DNA of 64,000 nt from the human T2T-CHM13v2.0 reference genome, Homo sapiens. Location: NCBI RefSeq assembly GCF_009914755.1, contig NC_060934.1; one strand, given 5' to 3'. The notes under the pieces are model-generated. The model saw nothing but the letters and a program-made list of their open reading frames with translations. It had not been told where the DNA came from and made no database searches. Numbering within the stretch: position 1 is the stretch's first letter; each line of letters begins with the position of its first letter. Below are positions 52,666-64,000 of this stretch, one piece after another. Position numbers and translations under genes: made by a program.

Positions 52666-53389
52666 AAATTTCTTAATAACAATGATTGACATTCAGCACT
52701 TGCTGTGTGTCACCAGCCACAGGGCCGCATGGGAGAGGAGAGAGAGGCACTAAAAGGTAGGGGAAAAGAAAATTAAAGCCTAGCACCATACTAGCCACTT
52801 CAAGTAAGCTATTTCCCTTAATACTCCCAGAAAACCCTTAATGGGTGGTGTCTTCCTCACTTTACAGATGAGGACCAGGCCTGATTTTATACAGCTATTA
52901 AGGGGTACAGGTGGGATTTGAGCCCTTTGTCAGACCCTGAAGCCCATGTTCCTTCTACTTCTGTGTTTGGAGGAACTATCCAGGCCAGTGGGCCTTTTTG
53001 TGGCCCAGCTCCCAGGCCATTAGGACAATATCATCAGGGGTCTTCAGGCTACAAGGCAGATCTGGAGTTGAGGGAGGCTGTCATCTTCAGCTGTTATTGG
53101 GGGCTTCTTGTGATCTACATACATCCTTATTTGGGCCGTGACTTCATTGCCCATTCCCAGATTGCTGAGATGGCTTCAAAAGCAAGGACCCCAGTTCTCC
53201 TTACCCTCACAGCTGTCCCACTGCCTGTTCCTAGGGCAGTATGGAATGATGTTAAAGATTCCAGAACCAGGATTTAGAAAATATGGAGACTAGGTACCTC
53301 TACCTTCCACTTGCTAACACACTCAAGACGAAGCAACAAATAAATCTGTTGCTTATCTAACAGATTGTTTTGCAAAATGATAAACCAGC

Positions 53390-53755
53390 TGTATTAGTCC
53401 ATTCTCACCCTGCTAATAAAGACATACTGAAGACTGGGTAATTTATAAAGGAAAGAGATTTAATTGACTCACGGTTCTGAAGGGCTGGGGAGGCCTCATG
53501 AAACTTAATCATAGCAGAAGAGGAAGCAAACATGTCCTTCACCTGGTCGCAGCAAGGAGAAGTACCAAGAAAAAGGGGGAAAAGCCCTTTATAAAACCAT
53601 CAGATCTCGTGAGAAATCACTCACTATCATGAGAACAGCATGAAGGTGACTGCCCCCGTGATTCAATTACCTCCCACCAGGTCCCTCCCAAGACATGTGG
53701 GGATTATAGAAATTAAATCCCCAGATTTGAGTGGGGACACAACCAAACCATATCA
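53390..53755 (-). mobile_element. THE1 (THE1C-like) solo LTR
   Basis: TGTATTAGTCCATTCTCAC..ATAAAACCATCAGATCTCGTGAGA..CCAAACCATATCA; 5-bp TSD CCA(G/A)C. Confidence 0.93.
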
Positions 53756-54489
53756 CCAACCATAAACCCTACCTGATTGTCTCAACTGATTGCCCTGGGC
53801 ACGAAATCACATGATGGTTATGAAGACAGGCTGAAAAGATGCACAACTTACCATCGTAAAGAGATACTGTGTCAACAATAAAGGGGAAAAATTCCTTATT
53901 GAATTTGCTTATAGGAGAGACATGTTTGCTGAGCAGAGGGATGAAGGTGACTCCATAAGAAGGTGAGTTCTAGAGAGAAACATTCATATCAGCGAGTCTG
54001 ACTTCCTCATGAGGCTAGCAATTGGAATTGTAATAAAGGGAAACTTTCTATACTTAGGTAATAATGACATTTTGGGCACAAGGTATTGTGGCTTCTATGA
54101 AAGAAAGTACCAAGAAGTTTATAACTGAAAGGATCACACTGATTACCCAACTACCCCTCTCCTTTAACTGATGATGAAACTGAGGACCAGAGACATGGAT
54201 GGGTAGACCAAGTTCATGTGTAGTCAGAGCTAAAGCTAAGGCTACTTGACCTATAAATAGAGGTTTGTTTACACTGTGTGTATGGGAGAAGGGAAACCCT
54301 AGAATATCTTTTATTTAGATTTTACTTGAAAATTATCTTTGTAGGGAGATTATGTCTCCCTCCAGAGGCTCTTAAAGATTTGGTCATCATGCACTGGAGG
54401 TATGCTGTGTTGAAAAGATTAGGACCTGTGCTGAAGAAAGCACCACACAGGCACACATCAAGGGGGAAAAAATGATTTTTTTCACAGAA

Positions 54490-55200
54490 TTTATTCATTA
54501 ATAAATCTATTCCTTTATCCAACCAATATTTACTGTGCACCCACAACAGTGTGCCAAGCATGATGCTAAGTGCCAGGATGTAGAGTAGACAGACAAGCCT
54601 CCTTCCCTTTGAGCTTCCAGTCTAGCTGTGACCAGACTTATTCTGAAATGATTAAGGAAGGTATCCAGTGAGCTATGAAAGGTAGTAAGGCGGAGCTTAA
54701 CCATGAGAACTCCTGAGAGGCCTATTTGAGACAGGGATGTAACAAATGGGTTTCAAAATGGGTGATTCCAAGTAAAAGCATTAAGCTTGGTGGTCTAGTA
54801 TTTTGGAAAGTTCAGCTATTTGCACAGAAAGGAAAAATGTCAAAATAAGGGAACCCAGCAGGAGCCTGCTGCCATCGTCCAAGTATGTGGTGCTGAGCCT
54901 TTAGCCAGAGCTGGGGCAGTCAGAATGGAGAGGAAATGTGTCATCTGAGTCATGCTCCAAAGTAGCATTGGCTGCCTGGCCTAGGGGTTGAAGGAGAGGA
55001 AAGAGACAAAGGTGGTGCTGAGGTTTCTGACCTACAGCAGTGGACAGGCGACAGAGATGAGATTATGGAGACAGTGTGGATATTTGGGGAAAGTGACAAG
55101 GTCAGTCTGAAGTAGCCTGATTTGGAAGGGACTGGAGAATGGTCCAGGTGAGCTGTCCTCACAACAGCTGCTTAGCCCTCACTTGGATAAGTACATTTAG
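54490..55200 (-). mobile_element. L2 fragment
   Basis: AATATTTACTGTGCACCCAC..GTGCCAAGCA..GAGCTTCCAGTCTAG; GAGGTTTCTGACCT. Confidence 0.6.
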
Positions 55201-55309
55201 GACCCTTAGGAAGAGAATGACTTTTCATGTCGTCAAGGAGACTGAACTCTCGTGGAAGACAAGTAGTTGCAGAACAAAATGGAAGATTGCTGGGGATTCA
55301 CCATTCCTT

Positions 55310-55800
55310 CCTTTTTTAACAAAAACTTACTGTGTAAAATTTTAAACAAACACAGAAATACAGAGAATAGTATAATGACCCCCTCTTTACCCATCACCTA
55401 GCTTCAACATTTATAAACATTGCCAATATTGTTTTATCAATCTCCCCTCAGGAGTATTTCCCCTCTACCTTGCTGGAGTATTTAAATCCTAGATTTTATA
55501 TCACTTCATGCATAAATACTTCTTAGTATATTTTTAATAAATAGAGACTTCATAAAAAAGAGAACTGCAATATTATCATACCTAAATAAATATTTCCGAA
55601 TTATGATTTAATGACAAGCCTATATTCAGACTTCCCTGATTGTCTTTAAAATGGCTTTTAATATTTGGTTTTTGGAACAGGAATCAGATGAGGTCCAAAT
55701 ATTACATTTGACTGATATGTCTTGTGAATCTTTTCATCTCTAATAGATTATCTCTTTTTATTCTCTCTTTATATACACTCTTTACTTACTGAAGAATCTG
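55310..55800 (-). mobile_element. L1MC-like 3' end
   Basis: AGAGAATAGTATAATGA..ACCCATCACCTAGCTTCAAC..TTCCCTGATTGTCT. Confidence 0.7.
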
Positions 55801-58800
55801 TGGCTATGGACCTGTACGACATTCAGCTTTCTTTGGAACACCTTGAGTTACTGTTTGAGGCTTACTTCTTACGAATACAACAGGCATAAAATTGTTAGGT
55901 AATTCTGCAATGACCTATCTTGTATTCCTTCTGTTTTAGGATTCTCAGTCCTCCATAGCTGATACTCCTCGTGGTTCTAGGGAGCTGAGTGCCAGGCTGT
56001 GCAAGGGCAGCAAGGATTTTCTTTACTAGAGGTATATTGAGAGCACAGCACGTGTGAGGCTGTGCCAGGCCATCTGGGAAATGCAGGCAAAGTGGAAGTG
56101 CCTTTGCTTGGCTCCAAGGAGCTTATCACGAATTTGGAAGAAAGAAGATTGCATGAAACTAACAGATTAACATAGGCAGCTCAGTGTTGGGAAGTCAAGT
56201 AAAGCTACACTTGGCTCAAACCCCAACCTTGACTCTTAACAGCTGGGTGTTGGTGAACAAGTCACTTTATATTTCTGAACCTAATTCCTCTTCTTTAAAA
56301 TAGCGAGGAAAAACTCTGCCTACTTCAGGATTATATGAAAAGCAGGCATCATGGGCCCTGGAGTTAGACTTTAAACCCTGCTTCCTTCTGATATTAAGTG
56401 CCTGCAGTCAATGGGCACTTTACTCCATGCCAGTCCTGTGCTCAGTACTTCATACACATTACCTCATTTTAGGCCTCTCAGCAACCCTGTTTTACAGATC
56501 ACAAAACTGAGGCTTAGAGAAGCAGTTTGCATACATTTACCTACTTAGTGAATTAGGATTTAAACCCAGACAAAGTCAAAGCTCAAACTTTAAACTGCCA
56601 AGATATATTATTTCTCTCGAACACATATGTCAAGGTTCAGTATTCTTGTTTATAAGGAGGGAGCTATCATATCAACTTTATGGAATTATCATGGAAATTA
56701 AGACAAAACCTACTCAACAGATAACAAATGCTCAAAAGTATTTGTTTTCATGGTTGTTATTATATCAATGGTTGAACAAGTCTGTAAAACATGAAATTGT
56801 ACAGAACCATCTATAAACATAATAGGAATGTGGAAAATGGAGACATTAACTTGCATTGAGGCCCTTATGGTGAGAGAGGGGGCAGGGAGGATCCAGTGGG
56901 TCTTTGGTTATCACAGGAGATAAAAGCACATTCTAGGATGGGGGAGCAGCTCAGGCAGGGAGACTAGATGAATGGGGTGTTAAATACCCTCTTTAAACTT
57001 CCTATTTGTCCAGTTAATGCCAGTGAGGGTTTAATGGTCAGGGAGAACACACATGTGCACCCCTGATGCCATTAAGAAGACTGTGTGGGAAATTACAAAA
57101 AGAGGTTGTGATGAAGAGCCTGGTGCTCTGGGTGGGTCTCAGCACAACCTCTGTCTGGTTCTGTGGTCTCAGCAAGTTACTAAACTTCTTTGCATCTCAC
57201 TTTCTTTCCAGGTAAAACAGAGATCATAAAGGACTTTATGATATAGGCTATCCAGGGATGTTTGGGGAATTAGATGAAATACTTTAGGGAAAGATAGTGC
57301 CAGAAAGACCCAGGGCAGAAACCAAGAGAAGCCAAGAACTGAAGTCCTTCCATTCTCACCTCTATGTCACCTTCCCTGCTTCTATTGGGGTTGCAGTCTT
57401 CACCACCCCCTCACCCTCCCTAAATCAGGGGTACCACAGAGTTAGGCTGCTAAAGTGACATAGTGAAAATGTTCTCAAGGGTTCCCTCCTTTCTGCAGAA
57501 ACAGGACCCTGGGTAATACATGTGAGAATCAAGAGGAGAGAGGTTGGATGTGCTCATCTAGGCTGGTTACTTGCTTTTGCTCCCCAAATTTTCTTGCGTA
57601 AGAAGTTTATTCCCAATTTCTTGAAAAATTTAGAGGAGGGATATTTGGTGTAAAACAATGAAATCATTGGTCTTTGGGATGTTGACTGAGTCTCTTCTGG
57701 GGAAAGAGAAAGCAGGGAAGGTGATGCAGAGGTGGGAATGGAAGAACTTCAGTTCTTGTCTTCTCTTGGTTCTTCCCCGGGTCCTCCTGCAGATAAGAGA
57801 GATTTTCAAGTCACTAACACTTTGGTGTGAGTTAATTGTGTCTGCTCTTCCTCATACTGTATGCAGACCACTATGGAAGATGGATGCAACAGGAATGGCC
57901 TGTTGGAAGACTGGTGAGCAATACCAGCTCCGGAGGGCATACAAGTTTCTGCAGGGGCCACAGGGGAGGGTTCCCTGTCTGGAATTGGAGGCTCAGATGG
58001 GGCTTCCTCCAGGAAGCATTTAGAGATGGAGTGTGACTTAGCTGTAGTTACCACAAAGAGGGAACAGCATTTACAGAAGCCTAGAAGTGAGAGAGAGGAG
58101 TGAGTCCATGATGGATTTGGGACCCCTGTGGGGAGCTATTTCTGCAGATCCACAGGCCCCTCAGAGCTCTCCACAGAGGAAATATGGTCATTGTTTGTCA
58201 GAAGCCCTGCCGAGGCAGCGTGAGGCTTATGAGGAAATGGGGCATGAGACAGCAAGGCGCTAGAAGGGTACTTCCTAGCCTCACCTGCGCACCTCACCCC
58301 TGTGTGCACAGCACATGGCTCACCCCTCGGGGCTTCGGTGTTCTCATGAATGAAATGAGGACTTAATGAAGTCCTTTCAGTTCCTCAGCTCTTTGGCTCT
58401 CTGAAAATATTTTTAAAGCTGAGGAAAAAAAAATAAAGTAATACTGAAAACAGATTTCAGTCCTTATTAGGTTGCAAAATGGAAACAGAGACAGAACCTG
58501 GTATTGAGAAATAATTCAAAGAAGCATTTAAGAAGAGACATCTTTGATATTGAGTAGATAAAGAATTTATGGCAATTCTAGTCTACACTGGGCTTGAGTT
58601 ACCAACAAACAAGAAATGAATCAAAGGAGAGACGTGAGGAAGAGGAGAAAACCCCCCTGAGAAGCAAGTGGGCATTTGAAAACAAGTGACACAGGTGACC
58701 TCCTGTCCATGGGGTGAGCTACTCGGTAAATACAGGGCCAGTGGCTGGCACAGGAAGATGTGCCGGAGTGATGGTGGCAGCAGGAGTGAGTCAGAGAGCC

Positions 58801-60209
58801 TGAGCTCTTTGGAGGGGCTGGCTTGCCTTTGGAGGCAGAGGTTGTGGGCACGGGAAGGATGTTGCCCCCTGCTCTGTGTGGAGGCGCTGAAGGGGTCTGG
58901 CCCGGAAGGCCATTTGTAGAGCTGAGTGAATGCCACCTGGGCTGGGCAGAACTGGCATCTCTTGTGCGGTGGTGGGCATGTGATAGGAGACATGTACCCA
59001 GGACATGTACCCAGAGTTGCCTGGGGACCACAGGGGCTATGGGTCAGAACCACTCGGATGAGTGGGGCTGCAGATGGGCAGGTCTCTGCTCAGCCTATTG
59101 AGAAGTGAGATTCTGACAGGGAATCTGAGAAAGGGGGGCAAATGGGTTTTTTCTCCTTGGCATTATAACATGAGCCAGATGCATTGAATCAGGCATCAGC
59201 ATTGTCACATCAGTAGCAACAATAAGCATCTGTTCTATGCCAAGCATTAGGCTATGCCCATTATCTACATTATTCACAGACCTCACAACAACCTGTCTAG
59301 GGGGCATTGTTTTTAATCCCCATTTTGCCCCATATTCCAGTGAGCTTCAGAAACATTGAGCCTTCAAACTAGTGAATTGCAGAGATGAGGAACCACACCC
59401 AAGTGTACCAATTTCTCTTTCACGAGAGAGACATAGTCTAAGTTGTGTTTTCCAATCCCAAGCAGTTGCACCAATGCTGTGCTCATGGTAATGTAAAACA
59501 TAAGCAACATTGAGTATTATTGTTTTTCAGTTTTTACTTTAATAAATATTAAAATGATACCTTTGTCCCCTTTTGCATTTTGTTGATAACTAGTGAAGGT
59601 GAACAATGTGTCTGCCATCTGCCTCCTGGGTGGATTGTCTTCTTGGCTTTGCCCATTGCTAGGCAACTCATGTCACACGTGAAGACAATACATTCCAGTG
59701 TGTTTGAGTGACCTGACCAAGGTCACACAGCTGGTTATCAGAGAGGCCTAGGCCAGAACTCATGCCAGCGCCTCTCCCATGGCTATCCTGTCTGCATCCT
59801 CCACACCCCAGCCCTGGGCTGCACTCCCATCTCCTCATCCTGGTGCCACGACGGGTCTTATGAGAAGCCCACCCATTCCCAGGGGCTATCCAGCAGGAAG
59901 ACAGAATGGGACAGGCGGCTCTTTGACCAAAGCATCCCAATGTGAAATCCGTCTACAAAAAGCCCTGGAATCTCTTCTGATGAATAATAGGTAACCACTC
60001 AGGCATAGTTTAAAATAGTTTGGTTTGTTTTGAAATTTTTTAAAAATACAAAGAAGAAAAACAGTGGAGGAGGCAGATGGCATGTTTTAAAAGAGTTCTT
60101 GCTGGAGATTTTAAAAGCCAATATAAAAACTAACTAATAAACTGCCCATCACAATCTAAAGATAGATATACCAAAAATTTCACTGGGGCACCTGGGGACA
60201 AGAACAGCT

Positions 60210-60430
60210 GTTACTATGAATCTACTGTTTATTAGGCGCTGACTGTCAGGTGTCATGCTGAGTTTCTGAGTCTTCCACTTATTCCTCACAACCACCTGAT
60301 AAGACAGATACTGTTACTGTCATTATCACCATTTTACAGATAGGCAAACTGAGGCTTATTTTTACAAGATAAATGGCAAAGCTAGGGCTTGAACCTTGGG
60401 CCTGACTCCAGTGTTTGTGCTGTTAATTAC
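60210..60430 (-). mobile_element. MIR SINE
   Basis: CCTCACAACCACCTG..CATTTTACAGATAGGCAAACTGAGGCTTA. Confidence 0.75.
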
Positions 60431-60664
60431 TGATGCTACCAGACACCCTGAGAAAGCATCTAAGCCAGGGGAGTGGCAGCAGCCCTCTGGCCTTCAAGAG
60501 AGCAATCATTGTAAAAACAGATTATCCCAGCCACTTTGAATAATAGTTCTTGATCCAGAAAAAAAGCACGCAAAAGACCATTTGTCAAGATCCTTCTCTT
60601 CTTTTAGATTAACATCAGTGCTATGTTTCAGTTTCAGTAATTGAGGCTCAAGAAATTTGCTGTA

Positions 60665-60756
60665 CAAACCACCATGGCACGTGTGTACCTATGTAAGAAA
60701 ACTGCATGTTCTGCACATGTACCCCAGAACTTAAAGTATAATAAAAAAAAGGAAGA
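60665..60756 (+). mobile_element. Very short L1PA 3' tip
   Basis: CAAACCACCATGGCACGTGTGTACCTATGTAA..CCCAGAACTTAAAGTATAATAAAAAAAA; perfect 15-bp TSD AAGAAATTTGCTGTA (60650-60664, 60757-60771). Confidence 0.93.
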
Positions 60757-62959
60757 AAGAAATTTGCTGTAGGCAATTCTAAGTGTTGAGCTAAAATGAA
60801 GCAAACTCAAGCATCTTGCCTCCTTCTATCCTTACCCACACGGTGTGTGTGCATGCACATGCACACACAGTGCAACTCACACACCAAAACAGCTAAGAAT
60901 AAAATGGGTTCGAATAACTCAAGCAAAGTCATTTGAAATTACAGACTTCAAGGCTAGTAGGCACCAGGCCAGGACATTCTCATTTCGGGTCTACCAACAA
61001 ACTATCTCCTTTTTAAAGAGAAATGTCATTTTGATTTCAGCCATCCTTGCAGGAGGTTTTTCAGTGTAAATTCCTCTTAGCCTTCCTAAGTAAAAATGAA
61101 GAACAGCTGATCCTTGTCTTGTCCAATGTATGATTTTCCCTGGAACTTTTATGAGCTGAGTAGGATGAGCAAGAGAGGAAGTGTTCTTTAAGAGAGTCAA
61201 TGTGCGGCCACTCTCAGCTGCGTGGTGTTGCCTATAGCAACTAAGATTTATTTTATAAACACATATATGGTCCTTACTGTACAGCAGGCACTGCTCAAAA
61301 CAGTGTACAAATAGTAACGTCCTCTTCACAACCCTATGAAGGGGAAAGTGAGGCAGAAAGGAGCTAATTAACTGGCCCAAAATCACATCGCTAGAGTGGC
61401 AGGTGGGGGATCAGGGCTCAGGTAGCTTGCCTTCGGTGTGCATTACTCGTGGTTAGTAGTGTTGCCAATTTCTTCTGACATAGAGTTGATTATCTTCATG
61501 CTGTTTTTCTCACACAGAGATTAAGCCTGAAGTTCATGTATCCCATGACCCTGGGGAGAAAAAGAAACCTAACTACAATAAGCAATGGGAAATGAGTCAG
61601 AGCCTGTTTATTTTGATGATTGATTTTGTGAGAGTGATTTGTTGAATGAATGAACCAAATGAATGATGGCCTTTTGCGGCTTCTGTTTGCCACTTTGATA
61701 TTCCAGGATTTATTTCTTTTGATCTTCTAAGCCATCTAATTGAAATACCCACAAATTCAGATATTACGATTTATATTTGGCCTTCAGTCCCCCATCTGCA
61801 TCTGGCACGGTGGACTCAAGTACAGTTCACCTCTTGTGCATTTGACCTCTCACTCTAAAAATAAGGGCCAGATGAATGTTCATATTCCTTATAGAACAGA
61901 TGATGGTTTTACTAGACGAGTGTGGTTTATACTTTAGAACAGCAGCTGCACATATGGAATGAAATTATCTGAGTAACCTATTTTCAAACCTTGACACATA
62001 CATTTGGCTTAAAATTCAACATGCGCTTTCTCAAAAAGGAAGCAAATGTAAACAGTCTTCTCATATATTATCCTGCACATCTGAATCCTATGTTTTATTT
62101 ATTCGTTTCTCTTTTGAGTCTGGAATATAATCAGTTGGAAATGAGGAAGGAAGCCCCATTCATTCGCCTCTTTGTGATGCCATGAAAATGATAGCATGTT
62201 TGAGCTGATGGAGGGCCTTGGAAATAATCAGAGGAGACCCTTTCATTTTATAGAAGGATTCTGAGGCCCAGAGAAGTGCAGTTTGCCTGGGTTCCTCCAA
62301 TCAAAGGTGGTGAACATGGGCTTAAAACCAGGTTGCCTGACTCTAGGCCAACTGAGTTGGACAGTGTTGAGGTAAACTCTGAAAAGCTGGTGTTCCTGCC
62401 CACCACAGCTCCCCACCTGACCCCTCCAGTCTCAGTCAACACCCAGACACCAGGGATCACCTGTCAGTTATCTCAGACCAGAGATATCTCTTCAGGCTTC
62501 AGGCCTGTACTCGCTTTGTGTATTAGGCACTTATCACCACTCACCCAAACAATACATTGACTGATAGCGCCTCCCCATCGTCCTGATCATCTCCCCTAAA
62601 CACACACACACACACAAAACACTTTTAAGGCACAGACCCATTGTTCTCAAAAAGTAGTGTTGATTACCTTAATCCTTTTCTAAAATGCTGCCATTGTCCA
62701 CTTCACTCACTCCCACTCATGTATCCCAATCATTTAGAATGATGTTGGCACACTGAAAGCACTCAATAAATATGTGTTGAATGAATGAAAGGCTCCTCAT
62801 TTCCTACTAAAGAAATTAATCTCCATTTCTTAGCTTGGTAGTCAAGGCCCTTTATCATCTGGCATTAATCTTTTCCCATTTTGCTCGCTTCCTCCCTTCT
62901 GTCCTCTGCTAATTAAACAACCAAATAGCTCTTTTTTAAGGTAAAAATTTATTGTTTAC

Positions 62960-63200
62960 CAATAAATACTCAACTTATTGAGTGTTTATGCCAAGCCTTT
63001 TTTCACCTTTTTATGAGTGTTAACTCGTTTAATTCACACAACAAACCTATAAGGTTGGTACTATCATTATTACCATTTTACAAATAAGGCAATTGAGCCA
63101 CAAGTTAAGTTACCTCTCTATGATCACACTTTTAAGATGAGGCAGAGCTGGGATTCAAACTCAGGAAGTGTGGCTTCACATCCCATGCATGTAGCCACTA
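62960..63200 (-). mobile_element. MIR SINE
   Basis: TTATTGAGTG..CTCGTTTAATTCACACAACAAACCTAT..CCATTTTACAAATAAGG..GAGCTGGGATTCAAAC. Confidence 0.8.
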
Positions 63201-63229
63201 TGGCATGGCTAGCTTTCCTATTGGTTTAT

Positions 63230-63760
63230 TTTTAGTTATAAACTTCAACAGTCTGGAAGTACATAAAAAGTAACAATTTTTCACCCACTTCAAAAAGAAT
63301 TTAGATAATATGTATTCTTCCAGATGCTTTTCTTATGTTAACTAGTATATTTACATAATTTTAAAACCAAAATTATACATACTACAACATGCCTTTTAAA
63401 TTTACTATATTTTTGAGATATTTCCATAAATATTCCTACACATATCTCTTACATATATCACAGCCACATTATTTTTCATTGTTGCCTAGTATACTCTTGT
63501 ATGGATACACACCATAATTTATTTTTTCAGTCCCTGTTGATGAACACTTCAGTTATTCCCAAGATTTTTCCCTTAGGAACAATGCTGGAGTGAGCATCTT
63601 TATATATCTATGTGTGTAATGCTAAATATTTCTGTAATTCAGATTCCTAAAAAATGTGATTGCTGAGTCTTGGGGTATACACACTTAAAACTGTGATAGA
63701 TACTGATAAATGGCCCCCAAAATGCTGTCCTCCCACAAATAGTGTCTTGCAGTTTGCCAA
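63230..63760 (-). mobile_element. L1ME-like fragment
   Basis: GTATGGATACACACCATAATTTATT..GTTGATGAACACTTCAGTTATT..GATTGCTGAGTC. Confidence 0.65.
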
Positions 63761-63796
63761 TTTATCCTCCCACAAATAGTGTCTTGCAGTTTGCCA
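63728..63796. repeat. Perfect 32-bp direct repeat with 5-bp spacer
   Basis: TCCTCCCACAAATAGTGTCTTGCAGTTTGCCA at 63728-63759 and 63765-63796. Confidence 0.95.
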
Positions 63797-64000
63797 TGAT
63801 TCCCTTTTCCTCTGCACACAAATTTGGGAATTGAATGCTTCCTTCTTAACCGTTCCAGTCCTCTCCTCTCTGGGAGCTCATATTCTCTGCTTGTCATGCC
63901 TCTATGCCTCTCTTTTTGCACAGTGAATGTATTTTTTCTTCCCCTGCTGCCCCATAATATCAAATCCTCCTTGTTAACTGACTGGTGCTCGTGTTGTCTC

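Noticed and set aside
55940-56031. Acceptor TTCTGTTTTAG followed by a short open frame
   Set aside because: Weak donor (GTATAT), frame ends in TAG, no homology recognised
57658-58023. 121-aa ATG ORF
   Set aside because: Overlaps L2-like sequence; no domain or splice support
58583-59108. Stack of overlapping ORFs up to 156 aa
   Set aside because: Local GC enrichment lowers stop frequency on both strands; no protein-like signature

Overview
This is human (primate) nuclear genomic DNA. The human assignment rests on a consensus-like AluYa5, a human-specific subfamily. The window is AT-rich, has no CpG island and is dominated by interspersed repeats: about 20 Alu/FLAM/FAM copies, many MIR and L2 fragments, old L1M and short L1PA ends, THE1/MLT/LOR1-like LTRs, and MER2/MER20/MER94/MARNA-like DNA elements. 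There is also one Y4 RNA retropseudogene. I can see no multi-exon protein-coding gene and do not assign a gene name. The only credible coding candidate is an ATG-to-splice-donor exon at 46187-46468 (+). Most LTRs and old L1s lie on the minus strand, which fits the window being inside a large + strand transcription unit. Hand translation revealed two ancient protein fossils that the ORF track misses or shows only in part: a ~1 kb hAT-Charlie/Buster-type transposase (7817-8853) and a ~1.5 kb CR1/L3 ORF2 (48690-50221) that contains a recent 193-bp-period tandem duplication. Other structural oddities are a trimeric Alu, a 3'-truncated polyadenylated AluY with TSDs, very short Alu and L1 insertions with perfect TSDs, an AT-rich near-perfect palindrome and closely spaced inverted Alu pairs. 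I found no convincing evidence of a wholly new biological system. Repeat subfamily names come from recalled consensus motifs, not from a RepeatMasker or Dfam run, and boundaries of old repeats are approximate.
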